From Trueperaceae bacterium (lineage in GTDB: Bacteria > Deinococcota > Deinococci > Deinococcales > Trueperaceae), in the NCBI GenBank assembly GCA_965214405.1, contig OZ243956.1, positions 3,872,001 through 3,936,000 of the forward strand: a DNA stretch of 64,000 bases, written 5' to 3'. The notes beneath the pieces were generated by a model, which worked only from the letters and a program-made list of their open reading frames with translations, did no database searches and was not told the origin of the DNA. The position numbers and the translations under genes are program-made. This document shows, one piece after another, positions 12,189 through 26,009 of this stretch; position 1 is the stretch's first letter; each line of letters starts with the position of its first letter.

Positions 12189-15100
12189 CTACGGCTCGAG
12201 CACAAACACCGCCGTCGTCCGCGGTTGGACGATAAAGGTCCCCTCTTCAAACCTCGAGAAGCGGCTCTGCACATCCCCAGACGCCCGCTGCACCGGGTGA
12301 AGGCTGAGGGTCTGCCCCTCAAAAGCCAAGACCGGGAGCCGCTGCATCTCATCGGTGGCGTTAAATACCACCACGACGGCCTCATAATTGGGGCCTAAGT
12401 CCTCACCCACCTCGTCCGACAAACCCATGACGATGATGCCGGGAACCTGTGCGGGGCCGGTGTTGTAAAAGGTGAGGCGCGCTTTCACCTCGTCGGCGGT
12501 TTGCAGGTGGAAAAGGGGAGAGCTTTGGCGAATCTCGAGCATCTCCCGAAGGTGAGCCACCGCCGCGGTGACGGCTGCTTCGTTCGTTCTTAACGCAGTC
12601 TGGGTTAGTAGGGGGCGCATCAGGGGCCAGCCCTCCTCGTTCGCCCAGGCGGGCGGCAGGCCGACGCCCCAGTTGTTCGCGCCGTAGGAAAAATCGAGCT
12701 TGTTAAACCAATCGCCTGAGTCGTACGAGTCGCGGTCGAGAGATTTTGAACGCAGCATGTCGCTTCCCGCGTGGAAAAAGGGTACACCCTGAGAGAGCGC
12801 GACGATAGCCAGGCCCATGTTCTGCGCCCGCACCCGCTCGCTTAGCGGGGTGTCCGCGGCGTGCTTGTATTGTGAGATGTCCCACAGCGTCTCGTTGTCG
12901 TGCGCGGACACGTAGACGATGTTTTCCTGTGGGTCTTGCGTGTAGCCCGTGGGCGAGCCGTTGTAGTCCACGTCTGCGCCGGTGACGGTTTCGCCGTTGC
13001 GGTCCATAAAGATGTAGCCCGCCAGATTGCCCGCGAGTCCCACCCGAATTTGGTCGGCGGCGAGCAGGAGCCTATCTTTTTGTTCTTCTAAAGATGCCTC
13101 CACCGCCGCGTTGGGGGCGTAGTAGAGGCCGCTGATAAAGCCTTGATTGGTCACCTTGCCTTCGGGGCTGTCGAAGGGACCGCCGCCGCGTACCGCGTCG
13201 CGCAGCCTATCGTTAAAGGTGCCGATGCCCATGCCCGCGACGTTCGCCTGGGTCGCGTTCACGCCCCGCGCGTTGTCCGCCACCTCGCCAAAGTTCCAGC
13301 CCTCGCCGTAGACGTAGATGTTGGCACCGTCCACGCCGTCCTCCTCGAGCGTGAGCTCGTCCAACGCCTCGCGGACGTTTTGCATGTTGGCGAGCATGTG
13401 GTGGCCCATCAAATCAAAGCGGAAGCCGTCCACCTTATAGTCTTCCGCCCAGGTGAGGAGCGAGTCGATCATCAGCCGCTCCATCATGGCGTGCTCGGTG
13501 GCGGTGTTCTGGCAGCAGGTCGAGGTCTCGACGAAGCCGTCTGCGTTCAGGCGGTGGTAGTAGCCGGGAACGACCTTGTCCAAAACCGAACGCTCATCTT
13601 GCCCGCTGGCGTTGGTGTGGTTGTAAACCACGTCCATCACGAAGCGTAGGCCGCTTTCGTTGAGGGCCTCCACCATCTGGCGGTACTCGAGCACCCGCCC
13701 CGCTCCCTCCGGGTCGGTCGCGTAACTTCCCTCGGGCACGGTGTAGTGATAGGGGTCATAGCCCCAGTTGTACCCGTCGTCGCCGCGCACTTCACCAACG
13801 GCGGCTTGCTGTTTGGGGGAGTCGGGGGGGAAGCTTGCGAGGTCGCCCTCCGGCTCCCTCCACTCGCTCTTATTTTCGTTGATGGTGGCGATGTCGAAAG
13901 TCGGCAAAAGGTGCAGGTGGGTAAGCCCCGCCTCGGCCAAGTTTCTCAAGTGCGTCATGCCGCTCGAGTCGGGGTGAGTAAAGGCGAGGTAGGTGCCCTG
14001 CTGCTCGAGCGGCACCCCCTCATCGCCCACGCTAAAGTCGCGCATGTGGAGTTCGTAGACGCTCACGTCTTCAAAGGTCGCCAGGGGAGGCTTCTCGAGC
14101 CCGTCCCAGCCCTCGGGTTTAAGCGCCGCGTCGTTTAGGTCCACGATTTGCGAGCGCGTGGAGTTCATCGAGAGAGAGTGGGAGTAAGGGTCAGTGACGA
14201 GGTTGGTTTCGATGACTTGAGTAGTGGGCGCGTAGACTTGTACCTCGTAGAGGTAGTATTGCCCCTTCCAGTTCGCGTCGCCCGTGGTGCTCCAGACGCC
14301 CGTGGCGTCGTCGCGGCTCATCCCCAAAACCTGCGCGTCGTCCGTGTCGGCGTTTTCAAAGAGGTGCAGCTTGACGTCTTGCGCGGTGGGTGCCCACACC
14401 GAAAGCGTCGGCGTGTCCCCCTCCCACGTCACGCCCAGAGGCTGGTCGTTGGCGTAGAGGTCGTCCAGCACACCGGGAATCTGTAAGCCCGTGGCGTCTT
14501 GCAAGGTTCCCTCGGCGTCCGTGTAAGAAACGGCGGTTTGGCCCCGGAGGATGGCGGCAACGTCGGCGGTTTCGGGTACGCGGAAGGCTTGATAGCCTGC
14601 GAGGTGAGGAAACGCGTTTTGTAGAGTTTCATTCAAGGCTCCGGCGGGCTCGAGCACCACGCTCTCGCCGCCCTCGAGCCCGTTTTCACCCAGCGTCAAC
14701 CCGGCGTCGGGCGCGTAGTGAAGCGTAACTTGAGCACCCTCCGGCACTTCCCTAAGATTCCAAGCAACCGTATCGCGGCTCAGCCAATGGGCTTGGGCCT
14801 TGCCCAAATCTCCTTTGGGCGCGGCGGTGGTGGTGTCGGGTAGCTGGGTATAAATCGTATCGTTTCCCGACACAATCCAGACCTCGTACCCCATCTCGCC
14901 GGGCGTCAGAAACATGTCGGGGCCGGGGTCTTTCTCGTCGCCCTTGTGGACGATAAAGCCGAGCGTCTGGGCGTCGTCGGTGAGGCCTACGTCCCAGTAG
15001 ACGCCGTAGTCGTCCTCACCCGTAACGTCAAGCCCGTTTTCCCAGGTGACGGTCTCGGTGGTGTCCTCCCAAACGTGGAGTTTCCAACCGTCATAAACGC

Positions 15101-15218
15101 CGTCGGGGCGGGTGTAGTGGATGCGCGCGGTGTTTTCGGCTAAGTCCTGTGCAAAAGCGCCCCCGAGCGCGACGAGCCATAAAACGGATAAAAGTTTGAC
15201 AAAACGAAACATGCTCAC
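12189..15218 (-). CDS. Secreted pullulanase-type alpha-1,6-glucosidase (N-terminal CBM41-like domain plus GH13)
   Basis: Signal peptide ending AFA; IHYTRPDG.YDGW.LHVW CBM; YNWGYDP, DVVYNH, DGFRFDLMG, YGEGW and YVSAHDN GH13 regions. Confidence 0.93.
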   Translation of the reverse strand: MSMFRFVKLLSVLWLVALGGAFAQDLAENTARIHYTRPDGVYDGWKLHVWEDTTETVTWENGLDVTGEDDYGVYWDVGLTDDAQTLGFIVHKGDEKDPGPDMFLTPGEMGYEVWIVSGNDTIYTQLPDTTTAAPKGDLGKAQAHWLSRDTVAWNLREVPEGAQVTLHYAPDAGLTLGENGLEGGESVVLEPAGALNETLQNAFPHLAGYQAFRVPETADVAAILRGQTAVSYTDAEGTLQDATGLQIPGVLDDLYANDQPLGVTWEGDTPTLSVWAPTAQDVKLHLFENADTDDAQVLGMSRDDATGVWSTTGDANWKGQYYLYEVQVYAPTTQVIETNLVTDPYSHSLSMNSTRSQIVDLNDAALKPEGWDGLEKPPLATFEDVSVYELHMRDFSVGDEGVPLEQQGTYLAFTHPDSSGMTHLRNLAEAGLTHLHLLPTFDIATINENKSEWREPEGDLASFPPDSPKQQAAVGEVRGDDGYNWGYDPYHYTVPEGSYATDPEGAGRVLEYRQMVEALNESGLRFVMDVVYNHTNASGQDERSVLDKVVPGYYHRLNADGFVETSTCCQNTATEHAMMERLMIDSLLTWAEDYKVDGFRFDLMGHHMLANMQNVREALDELTLEEDGVDGANIYVYGEGWNFGEVADNARGVNATQANVAGMGIGTFNDRLRDAVRGGGPFDSPEGKVTNQGFISGLYYAPNAAVEASLEEQKDRLLLAADQIRVGLAGNLAGYIFMDRNGETVTGADVDYNGSPTGYTQDPQENIVYVSAHDNETLWDISQYKHAADTPLSERVRAQNMGLAIVALSQGVPFFHAGSDMLRSKSLDRDSYDSGDWFNKLDFSYGANNWGVGLPPAWANEEGWPLMRPLLTQTALRTNEAAVTAAVAHLREMLEIRQSSPLFHLQTADEVKARLTFYNTGPAQVPGIIVMGLSDEVGEDLGPNYEAVVVVFNATDEMQRLPVLAFEGQTLSLHPVQRASGDVQSRFSRFEEGTFIVQPRTTAVFVLEP

Positions 15219-15371
15219 CCCTTTTGGATACTAAGGTTTACCCACTATGGCACGTTCCCTTGGGCTCGAGCAAATCCACACACTTGAAACTTACCGTGAT
15301 ATCTTCTGTTGCGAATCTTGGGTGCCAAGGGGAGAGAGCTAACCCTACAAAATGTAAAAGAGCATGAGAAG

Positions 15372-15391
15372 AGGGGCGCTCGAGCGCCCCT
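15372..15391. repeat. Perfect 20-bp palindrome centred on CTCGAG downstream of the ACIII operon
   Basis: AGGGGCGCTCGAGCGCCCCT; may act as a terminator hairpin on the minus strand. Confidence 0.7.
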
Positions 15392-15441
15392 ACACCAACA
15401 CGTGTGTTTGAAACCCAATGACCGTTTGACTACTCGTTTGA

Positions 15442-15864
15442 CTACTGTCCTTGACCGCCCGTCCCACCACCTGTGGCGCTTCCTGCGTTCTCTCCTGCGC
15501 CCGCCGGGTCCCCGGTTTCAGGTTCGGCGCTGGGCGCGACGGGGTCAGCCTCCGCGTCGCCCGTCACGTTGCCATACTGGATGTTGGTCACCCCGCGTTC
15601 GGCCACAAGCTCCATCGCCTGCTCGATGGGAATGGTGATCCGGCCTGTGGTTTCGTTGCGGCTGTAGTTGCCTATGGCCGCCGCGGCGGTGGTCAGGGTT
15701 TGCTCATACTGCGTGGTGTCGGCGGGCGTGTACTGGCCCTGGGGCCGCGCCGAAATGAGCACCAGGATAAGGACCAAAGCGGCCACCGCGCCAATCCCGC
15801 CCATGATGAACAGCACACGCGTTTCGCCCTCGGTGAGTAGGTAGTCGCGCGGGGCCTTAGGCAT
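15442..15864 (-). CDS. actG: Alternative complex III subunit G-like protein
   Basis: One TM helix plus ITIPIEQAMELV motif; last gene of the act operon. Confidence 0.7.
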   Translation of the reverse strand: MPKAPRDYLLTEGETRVLFIMGGIGAVAALVLILVLISARPQGQYTPADTTQYEQTLTTAAAAIGNYSRNETTGRITIPIEQAMELVAERGVTNIQYGNVTGDAEADPVAPSAEPETGDPAGAGENAGSATGGGTGGQGQ

Positions 15865-17077
15865 GTTCGGCTCCCAGCTTGGTCGCGGTCTCGGGCGTGA
15901 GCGGGTGCGGGTCAGCAGTCAGCCTGGGGTCGTGCAAGGGCAAGAGTGGCCGGGTCCGCAGGCGGGCCACAAAGGCCGCCACCCAGAGGCCGCCGAGACC
16001 GACGACCGCGGTGACGTCGAGGATGTGAAAGGGAATCTCACGGTCGTACGCCGGGACGATAATCCAGTAAAGGTCCACGAGCCGCATGACCAATATCCAC
16101 GCGGCTACCGCAACGAGCGCGCGCCGCTTGCGCTTGACCCAGCGCGAGAAAAGGATCAAAAAAGGCAGCGCGAAGTGGAGCACGAGCAAAACGAGCGCGA
16201 TGACGTTCCAGCCGCCGCTAAGGCGAACGACGTACCACGAACTTGTCTCAATGGTGTTGTTCGACCAAAGGATGATGAGCTGTGAAAACGACACATACGC
16301 CCAGAAGAGGGTAAAGGCCATTAAAAAGTTGCCCAAGTCTTGCAAGCGCTTGGCATTTAGAAGTTCATCAATGGCCTCGTTTCGCGTCAAAAACACCATA
16401 AAGATGATGAGAAACGCGACCGCCGTGATGGCCTGGCCGATCATGATGATCACGCCGTAGATGCCAGAAAACCATTCGGGCGACAACGACATGCCCCAGT
16501 CGATGGCGGCCAAGGTCATGGTGAGGACGAACACGACGATGCCCGGCCCTGCGCCGTTCCTGAACCGCTCTCTAATCTTTTCCGCCGCCGCTTGGTCCCC
16601 GCTCCGGTCTTGTCTATCTGACAGCCGCGTGTAGTGAAGAGCCATCACGATCCAGACGGCAAAATAAAGCGCCGTGCGGAGAATGAAAAAGGGCGTGTTG
16701 AGCCAGCCCTGCTTGGCCTGCAATATCGGATTGGCCGCGACCACCTCGGCGTGCGACCATTCGTAAAGGTAGCCGATGCCAAAAAAGATGGGGATAAAGA
16801 GCAGCGCCATGAGAGGCAAGATCATCGTCCCGGCCTCTAGGGGACGCCGGATGAGCGCCCCCCACGAACCGCCCGCCAAGTGCTGCACCAGCAGCATCAC
16901 CAAGCAACCCATCGAGAGCCCGAACCAGAACAGGTAGGCGTAAAGGTAAGACTCGAAAAAGCCGCTAAGCCCGAAAAACGCCAGCACGATAGAGGCAACG
17001 AGGCCCAACACGCCGATCACCAGAGACGCGCGTAAAAGGCGCTCGAAGCGGGGGGCGAGGGTGCGGTCGCGCGTCAC
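15857..17077 (-). CDS. actF: Alternative complex III subunit F (membrane)
   Basis: SYLYAYLFW, QHLAGGSW, LYEW, DWGMSL.PEWFS and DLGNFLMAF..FWAY..FSQ. The GTG start overlaps the actE stop (GTGA). Confidence 0.9.
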   Translation of the reverse strand: MTRDRTLAPRFERLLRASLVIGVLGLVASIVLAFFGLSGFFESYLYAYLFWFGLSMGCLVMLLVQHLAGGSWGALIRRPLEAGTMILPLMALLFIPIFFGIGYLYEWSHAEVVAANPILQAKQGWLNTPFFILRTALYFAVWIVMALHYTRLSDRQDRSGDQAAAEKIRERFRNGAGPGIVVFVLTMTLAAIDWGMSLSPEWFSGIYGVIIMIGQAITAVAFLIIFMVFLTRNEAIDELLNAKRLQDLGNFLMAFTLFWAYVSFSQLIILWSNNTIETSSWYVVRLSGGWNVIALVLLVLHFALPFLILFSRWVKRKRRALVAVAAWILVMRLVDLYWIIVPAYDREIPFHILDVTAVVGLGGLWVAAFVARLRTRPLLPLHDPRLTADPHPLTPETATKLGAEHA

Positions 17078-17685
17078 CGGGAGGCTCCTTGGGCGCCGAG
17101 CGCTTGCAGAACGTCTGCGGGCACATCGTCCGGCGTCGCGTTTTGGCTCAGTTGCAGCGCCTTGATGTAAGCCGAGATGGCCCAACGGTCCTCGGGCGGA
17201 ATCCGTGACGCGTAAGGATACATCCTGCCAAAGCCGTTGGTGATGGCGTTGTAGAAGTAGCCGACGGGCTGTGCCAGGAGGCGTTCTTCGTGAAACGACG
17301 CGGGCGGCACGAAGCCTTTTTGGATGATCATCCCGCCGCCGTAGCCCGAAAAGTTGTGGCAGGGCGAGCAGTAGATGTTGTAGCGCTCCTGACCACGCTC
17401 GAGCACGTCATAGGTCAAGGGAATCGGTAGCTCGGTCAAGAGCCCGTTCTCGCCCACGCCCGTAAAAAACGAGGCGTCGGTGCCGCCGCGCTTGCGCGAG
17501 ACGGTGCCGTCAATCAGCGGGCGGGACGAAGTGCCGTTCTCGAACAGGTTGCTTTGGTCGTAGGTCCCGTACTTGGCCTGGTTGTACATGTTGCGACCGC
17601 AGCCGCTTAGAGCGCCGCTCAGCAGGAGCAAGGCGCAAACGAGCAGCGCGAGGCGAGGCGGGCGGGTGGGATAGGATGACATCAT
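17074..17685 (-). CDS. actE: Alternative complex III subunit E, monoheme cytochrome c lipoprotein
   Basis: Lipobox LSGC; GQERYNIYCSPCH; GFGRMYPY; DRWAI. Confidence 0.92.
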   Translation of the reverse strand: MMSSYPTRPPRLALLVCALLLLSGALSGCGRNMYNQAKYGTYDQSNLFENGTSSRPLIDGTVSRKRGGTDASFFTGVGENGLLTELPIPLTYDVLERGQERYNIYCSPCHNFSGYGGGMIIQKGFVPPASFHEERLLAQPVGYFYNAITNGFGRMYPYASRIPPEDRWAISAYIKALQLSQNATPDDVPADVLQALGAQGASR

Positions 17686-17692
17686 CAGCTTT

Positions 17693-18271
17693 TTAACGCT
17701 CCACTTCCGAGATGCGTTCGGGTCGGGGCGAAAGCCCTTCTAAAAACGTTTTGGTGCGTTCGGGGTCGAACTTATCGTCGTCGGCCTCGATACACAAAAA
17801 GAACTTGTCGCGCGTCGCGCCCTCGAAGCCCGGCGTGTTGAAAATCGAGTGGTAGGGACGGGGCAGGCCGTTTAAGAAGAGCATAAAGAGCCCCGCGGTA
17901 AAGGCGGCGGCCAGGACGGTCATCTCGAAGGTGATGATGATGTAGTTCGGCCAGGCGTTGAGCGGCTTGCCGCCAATGTTTAGGGGATAAAACACCACCT
18001 GGGCGTACCACTGCATGAAAAAACCCGTCGCCCCGCCCAAGATGCCCATAAGCAGCACCGCCCAGCCCATCCGCGTCGGCTTAAAGCCGATGGCCTCGTC
18101 CAGGTCATGAACGGGAAAGGGGGTGTAGGCGTCCATCTTGGTGTAACCCTCCTCGCGCGCGGCGTTGGCCGCCGCAAGGATGTGCTCGGGCTCGCCAAAT
18201 TCGGCGACCAAGCCGTAGAGGTCCGCGTCCGCGAGGGCTTCCTGGTCGCTGTAGGCTCCCACAGTACTCAT
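17693..18271 (-). CDS. actD: Alternative complex III subunit D (DUF3341)
   Basis: DAYTPFPVH, YPLNIGGKP and FEMTVL motifs. Confidence 0.92.
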   Translation of the reverse strand: MSTVGAYSDQEALADADLYGLVAEFGEPEHILAAANAAREEGYTKMDAYTPFPVHDLDEAIGFKPTRMGWAVLLMGILGGATGFFMQWYAQVVFYPLNIGGKPLNAWPNYIIITFEMTVLAAAFTAGLFMLFLNGLPRPYHSIFNTPGFEGATRDKFFLCIEADDDKFDPERTKTFLEGLSPRPERISEVER

Positions 18272-19690
18272 GACGGCACCGACCCTTCATTCTTAGGCTG
18301 GAAACCGGGCTGCTTGTGCTCGTCCGAAATGTGATGCGCGTCTTCGTGCGCCAACTCTTTCATTTCAGTGGTGGCAATCGACGGCAAGAGGCGGATAAAG
18401 AGGAAGAACAAGGTGGCAAAAAGGCCCATCGAACCGATGTAAAAGGTCCAGTCGTACAAAGTCGGGTTAAACTCACCCCAGGATGACGGCAAAAAGTCGT
18501 GGGTGAGCGTGACCGCGACGATGACGTAGCGCTCGAGCCACATCCCCACCGACACGATCAGCGAAATCACAAAGAGCATGGCGGTGTTCTGCCGCACGCG
18601 CTTGAGCCACAGGGGCTGAATGGCGATGACGTTGCAGAGCATGAGCGCCCAAAAAGCCCACCAGTAGCCGCCAAAAATCCGGTTGTAAATCATGTCGCGC
18701 TCGAAAACGTTGCCGCTGTACCAGGCCATAAAAATCTCGTTCGCGTAGCCGTAGCCGACGATTAATCCCGTGGCGAGCATGAGTTTGGCGGAGTTGTCCA
18801 AATGACGTTTAGTAATGAGACCTTCTAAATGAAACGCCTTGCGTAGCGGAATCGCCAGAATAAGCACCATCGCAAAGCCCGCGTACACCGCCCCCGCGAC
18901 GAAGTAGGGCGGCACGATGGTGTTGTTCCAGCCCGGCAACTGCGCCACGGCGAAGTCCATCCCGATGGTTGAGTGGACCGACAGCACGAGCGGGAATGAC
19001 AGCGCCGCCAGAATCAGGTAGGCGCGTTGGTAGCGTTGCCAGTGTTTGGTCGAGCCGCGCCAACCTAGAGAAAGCGCCGCGTAGAGAAAGCGCAGCGGCT
19101 TGAGCGTGGCCCGGTCGCGCAGGGTCGCCAGGTCGGGAATCAGCCCGATGTACCAAAAAAGCACCGACACCGACGCGTAAGTCGAGATGGCAAATAAGTC
19201 CCAGTCCAAGGGGCTCCGGAACTGCGGCCACAGCCCGTAGGTGTTGGGGTAGGGCAGCAGCCAGTAGAAGAGCCAGGGACGGCCCAAGTGCAGAATCGGA
19301 TAGAGGCCCGCGCAGACGACCGCGAAAATCGTCATCGCCTCCGCGAAGCGGTTGATCGAGGTGCGCCAGGGCTGCCTAAAGAGTAGCAGCGCCGCCGAAA
19401 TGAGCGTGCCCGCGTGGCCGATGCCGATCCACCACACAAAGTTGATGATGGGAAAACCCCAGGCGACGGGGATGTTGTTCCCGAAAATGCCCACCCCGGT
19501 GGTGATGAGGTAGACCATCGTCGCTAAATACATAGCGAGACCCAGGAGTGCAATGCCAAAGCCGACAATCCACCAGACGGGCGTGCGCTGCGGCTGCGTT
19601 AAGACGGGCGCGTCGACAACGTCGTCGATGCCGCCGTAAGTTTGTCCGGGCGCGATCACCCGGTTCGTTTCTACCACCCTGGGCCTGCGT

Positions 19691-19707
<17 letters not shown>
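18268..19707 (-). CDS. actC: Alternative complex III subunit C (NrfD/PsrC-like quinol-binding membrane subunit)
   Basis: [37 protein letters not shown] and GMWLER. Confidence 0.95.
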
Positions 19708-22812
<3,105 letters not shown>

Positions 22813-22816
<4 letters not shown>

Positions 22817-23466
22817 CGGTGACACGTGGAGCACTGCGGGAGCTTGTTCGTGTTGATGTGGTAGCTCTGCACCAGGCTTCGTCCTAACTCTTCTTGATTG
22901 GCGGGGGGTTCGTAAGCGAGATTAAACACTTCTTCGCGGGGCCGGACGTAATTTTCGGGCGCGCGGTGGCATTCCAAGCACCAGCCCATCGTCATCGACT
23001 CGGCTTTCCAGATGCCGCCCATCTGGTCGACGCGGCCGTGGCAGTAGTTGCAGCCGACGCCGTTGTTGATGTGCGCGGCGTGGTTGAAGTAAACGAAGTC
23101 GGCGAGCTTGTGAACCCCGTTCCACTTGATGGGCCGGTCGTTCTCCCAACTTTCCCAGACAGCGGCGAGCTGCGGCGTGCCGACCCGAATCTGTGAGTGG
23201 CACGTCATGCAGACTTCAGTGGGCGGGACGTTGGCGTAGGCCGCCACCTCGACCGAAGTGTGGCAGTAGCGGCAATCCACCCCGAGTTCGCCCGCGTGAA
23301 GCGCGTGCTGAAAGCCCACGGGCTGCGCGACGGGCACGCCCACCTGATTTTTGGTGGTGCGGGCGAAGGCGGTAAGAGCGAGCATCATCAACACGATAAA
23401 AATCGCCCCTCCCCAAATGGCCCATTTGGTAAAGGCGTTGGCGTTAGGCGGAAACTGCTGGGGCAT
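22813..23466 (-). CDS. actA: Alternative complex III subunit A, pentaheme cytochrome c
   Basis: One TM helix plus five CxxCH motifs (CRYCH, CMTCH, CNYCH, CLECH, CSTCH); GGAGG RBS. Confidence 0.95.
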
Positions 23467-24180
23467 CAGACCTCCTCATGACACTCCTCGTGACTACACG
23501 CGAGAAGACGCTTCTCATAAACACGTGTTGTGGGCTCGAGCTCAACGCATGAAATCCCTCGCCGGTTGGGCTAAAACGTAAAATAAGTTTCACCAGATGC
23601 TCATAACAACGATAAACGGACCCATACGGAAGATGAGGTTTTCGCATCATCCCTGTTTTACCTCCCCTTGATAGTTTAGCGACCCCCCACCCTTGGCGAC
23701 GCGTCACTACAGTAGAACTAACCTAAGCTACCATAGATGCTCTAGCGCGTCCGGGGGACAAATGTCCTCTAAACGTGCCCCTGCAGGGGGTAAGGTAAAG
23801 GGTTTACAAAGTGGGTAAAAGGGACTGCGTCTACTATCTACTCACGGCGGAACAGCGAAACCGTACAGAAAACCGCACAAAAATTACGGAGCGCCGCGGC
23901 TCCCACCTTGGCGCTCCTGCGTCCTCGTCCCAGTGTCTCTTCCGCCTTTAAGATAGCACGCTCTGGACAAACAGCATATGAAGTTCCTGAGAACGTCTCG
24001 AGAATTGAGGCAAATGTAAGGTTACGGAGTGAGAGCCCGAACGTACATTTTCTCACTTCATGACCCTACTTGTTTTGCAAACTTCCCTGCCTGTACCCTT
24101 CTTTCGCCTGCCGCCATGACTTTCACCGCAACCTTCACCTTGACGCCTATACGTCCTCCCGCGCCCGCTATACTCTCTCC

Positions 24181-25230
24181 ATGATTCCTATTTTCGACGG
24201 TCACAACGACACCCTGTTGAGCCTCACCACGCCACGCGGCGAGGGCCGCTCTTTTTTTGAGCGTTCTTCGGTCGGTCATATCGACCTGCCCAGGGCCTTG
24301 GAGGGTGGTTTGGCGGGCGGCTTTTTTGCCATTTTCGTGCCCAAAGGAAATGAGCTCGATAACAAAGACAACATCATCCTCACCGACAGGGGCTACCGTT
24401 TTCCGTTGGCGGACTCCATCGACGCTGAGACGGCTCGAGCGGGAACGCAGAGGATGATGGACGCGCTTTTTGAGCTCGAAAGAACCTCAAACGGTAAGCT
24501 CGAGGTCGTGCGAACCGCAGACGCGTTAGAAGCGTGCCTCAGCAGGGGCGTGCTCGCGGCCATTCTGCATTTCGAGGGCGCGGAAGCGCTGGACGATGCG
24601 GGGGGGCTCGAGCATTATTACGTCCAGGGCCTGCGCTCGCTGGGCCTCGTCTGGAGCCGCCCTAATAGATTCGGCCACGGCGTCCCCTTTGAATATCCCG
24701 CCTCCCCCGACACCGGCCCCGGCTTGACGGACGAAGGCAAAAAGTTGGTCAAGGAATGTAACCGTTTGGGCGTGATGATCGACCTTTCGCACCTCAACGA
24801 AAAGGGATTTTGGGACGTGGCGGAACTCAGTAATGCGCCCCTGGTCGCCACCCATTCGAACGCGCACGCGCTTTCTCCCGTGCCGCGCAACCTCACCGAC
24901 GGGCAGTTGGGGAGGATTCGGGAGAGCGACGGGATGGTCGGCGTGAATTTCGCGGTGAGCTTTTTACGCGAGGACGCTGCCAATGATGCGGATACGACGC
25001 TCGAGACCGCCTTACGCCACTTCGACTATCTGATTGACCGCCTAGGCGTCGACCGCGTCGGCTTCGGCTCGGACTTTGACGGGGCCACCATGCCCTACGG
25101 CATCAAAGACGTGTCGGGGTTGCCGAACTTGGTGACGGTCATGCGCAAGCACGGCTATGACGACGCGACGCTGCGCAAGTTGGGGTATGAGAACTGGCTG
25201 CGGGTGCTGAGGAAAACCTGGCGGGAGTGA
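24181..25230 (+). CDS. Membrane dipeptidase family (M19) peptidase
   Basis: IFDGHND, HFEGAE, IDLSH, ATHSNA and GFGSDFDG. TATACT lies 6 nt before ATG 24181. Confidence 0.93.
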   Translation: MIPIFDGHNDTLLSLTTPRGEGRSFFERSSVGHIDLPRALEGGLAGGFFAIFVPKGNELDNKDNIILTDRGYRFPLADSIDAETARAGTQRMMDALFELERTSNGKLEVVRTADALEACLSRGVLAAILHFEGAEALDDAGGLEHYYVQGLRSLGLVWSRPNRFGHGVPFEYPASPDTGPGLTDEGKKLVKECNRLGVMIDLSHLNEKGFWDVAELSNAPLVATHSNAHALSPVPRNLTDGQLGRIRESDGMVGVNFAVSFLREDAANDADTTLETALRHFDYLIDRLGVDRVGFGSDFDGATMPYGIKDVSGLPNLVTVMRKHGYDDATLRKLGYENWLRVLRKTWRE

Positions 25231-25296
25231 CTATTCGTTCGCACACGGTTTAATCGCCCTTTCGCGTCCTTTGCGTTTGTGATTGGAGGCTCGAGC

Positions 25297-25914
25297 ATGA
25301 AAAGATTCGTTCCAGGGCTTGTGGGCGTAGCGTCCGGTCTGGTTTCCACACTTCTGTCTCCTGTCGCTTTTTTTACTCCTCTTTTTGGGACAAATTCTCT
25401 CCTCGTTTGGCTGATTGGCCTGTGTTTTGCGCTCGCGTCGTTTTTGGTACCCGAATTTAGGCATCTCGCGCGGCGCGGTCTCTGGCTGCTCGCCTGTACG
25501 GTGGGTTTCGGATTGGCGTTTCACACCTTTAGTTTGGGTTTAGATGTCGCCCACTATTTGGGCGTGATTCCCGCCCTGACCTTTTGGCTCGCCCTGCCCA
25601 TTGCGGGCGTGGTGGGTGCGGTTCTCCCCACGCTCGTTTTGCGCGTTCACTCACCCCTCCTGCGCGGTGGCGGCTTCTGGCTGACCTTGCTTTTGTCGGG
25701 TATGTTGAGCCTTCCGGGTGTGCTGGCATTTCCGGATACACTGGGAGTTCCGGGATTTCCGGGCGCGCTGGGAGTTCCGGACATGACGGGATTTATGAAC
25801 TTTATTTTCGCTCCGTACCTGTTGCCTCTACCGCTTTTTGTCGTCTGGCAGGCCGGTATGCTCATGTGGTACACGTCGCGTTTACCCGAAAGATTCACCG
25901 AAGAATCCGCTTAG
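25297..25914 (+). CDS. Hypothetical multi-pass membrane protein
   Basis: GGAGG RBS; about 6 hydrophobic segments; internal LGVPG/LGVPD duplication. Confidence 0.6.
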   Translation: MKRFVPGLVGVASGLVSTLLSPVAFFTPLFGTNSLLVWLIGLCFALASFLVPEFRHLARRGLWLLACTVGFGLAFHTFSLGLDVAHYLGVIPALTFWLALPIAGVVGAVLPTLVLRVHSPLLRGGGFWLTLLLSGMLSLPGVLAFPDTLGVPGFPGALGVPDMTGFMNFIFAPYLLPLPLFVVWQAGMLMWYTSRLPERFTEESA

Positions 25915-26009
25915 GCGGCTCGAGCCTCCCCTCTAAACTTTCCCAAATCCCCAAGTGGTAATCTCTAAACGTTTGCGCTAATTTCTCTTGCATCACGGGA
26001 GGTGCGTCG

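Noticed and set aside
17078..17185. N-terminal extension of ActF in the ORF track
   Set aside because: It overlaps actE; the GTGA-coupled start at 17077 is more plausible.
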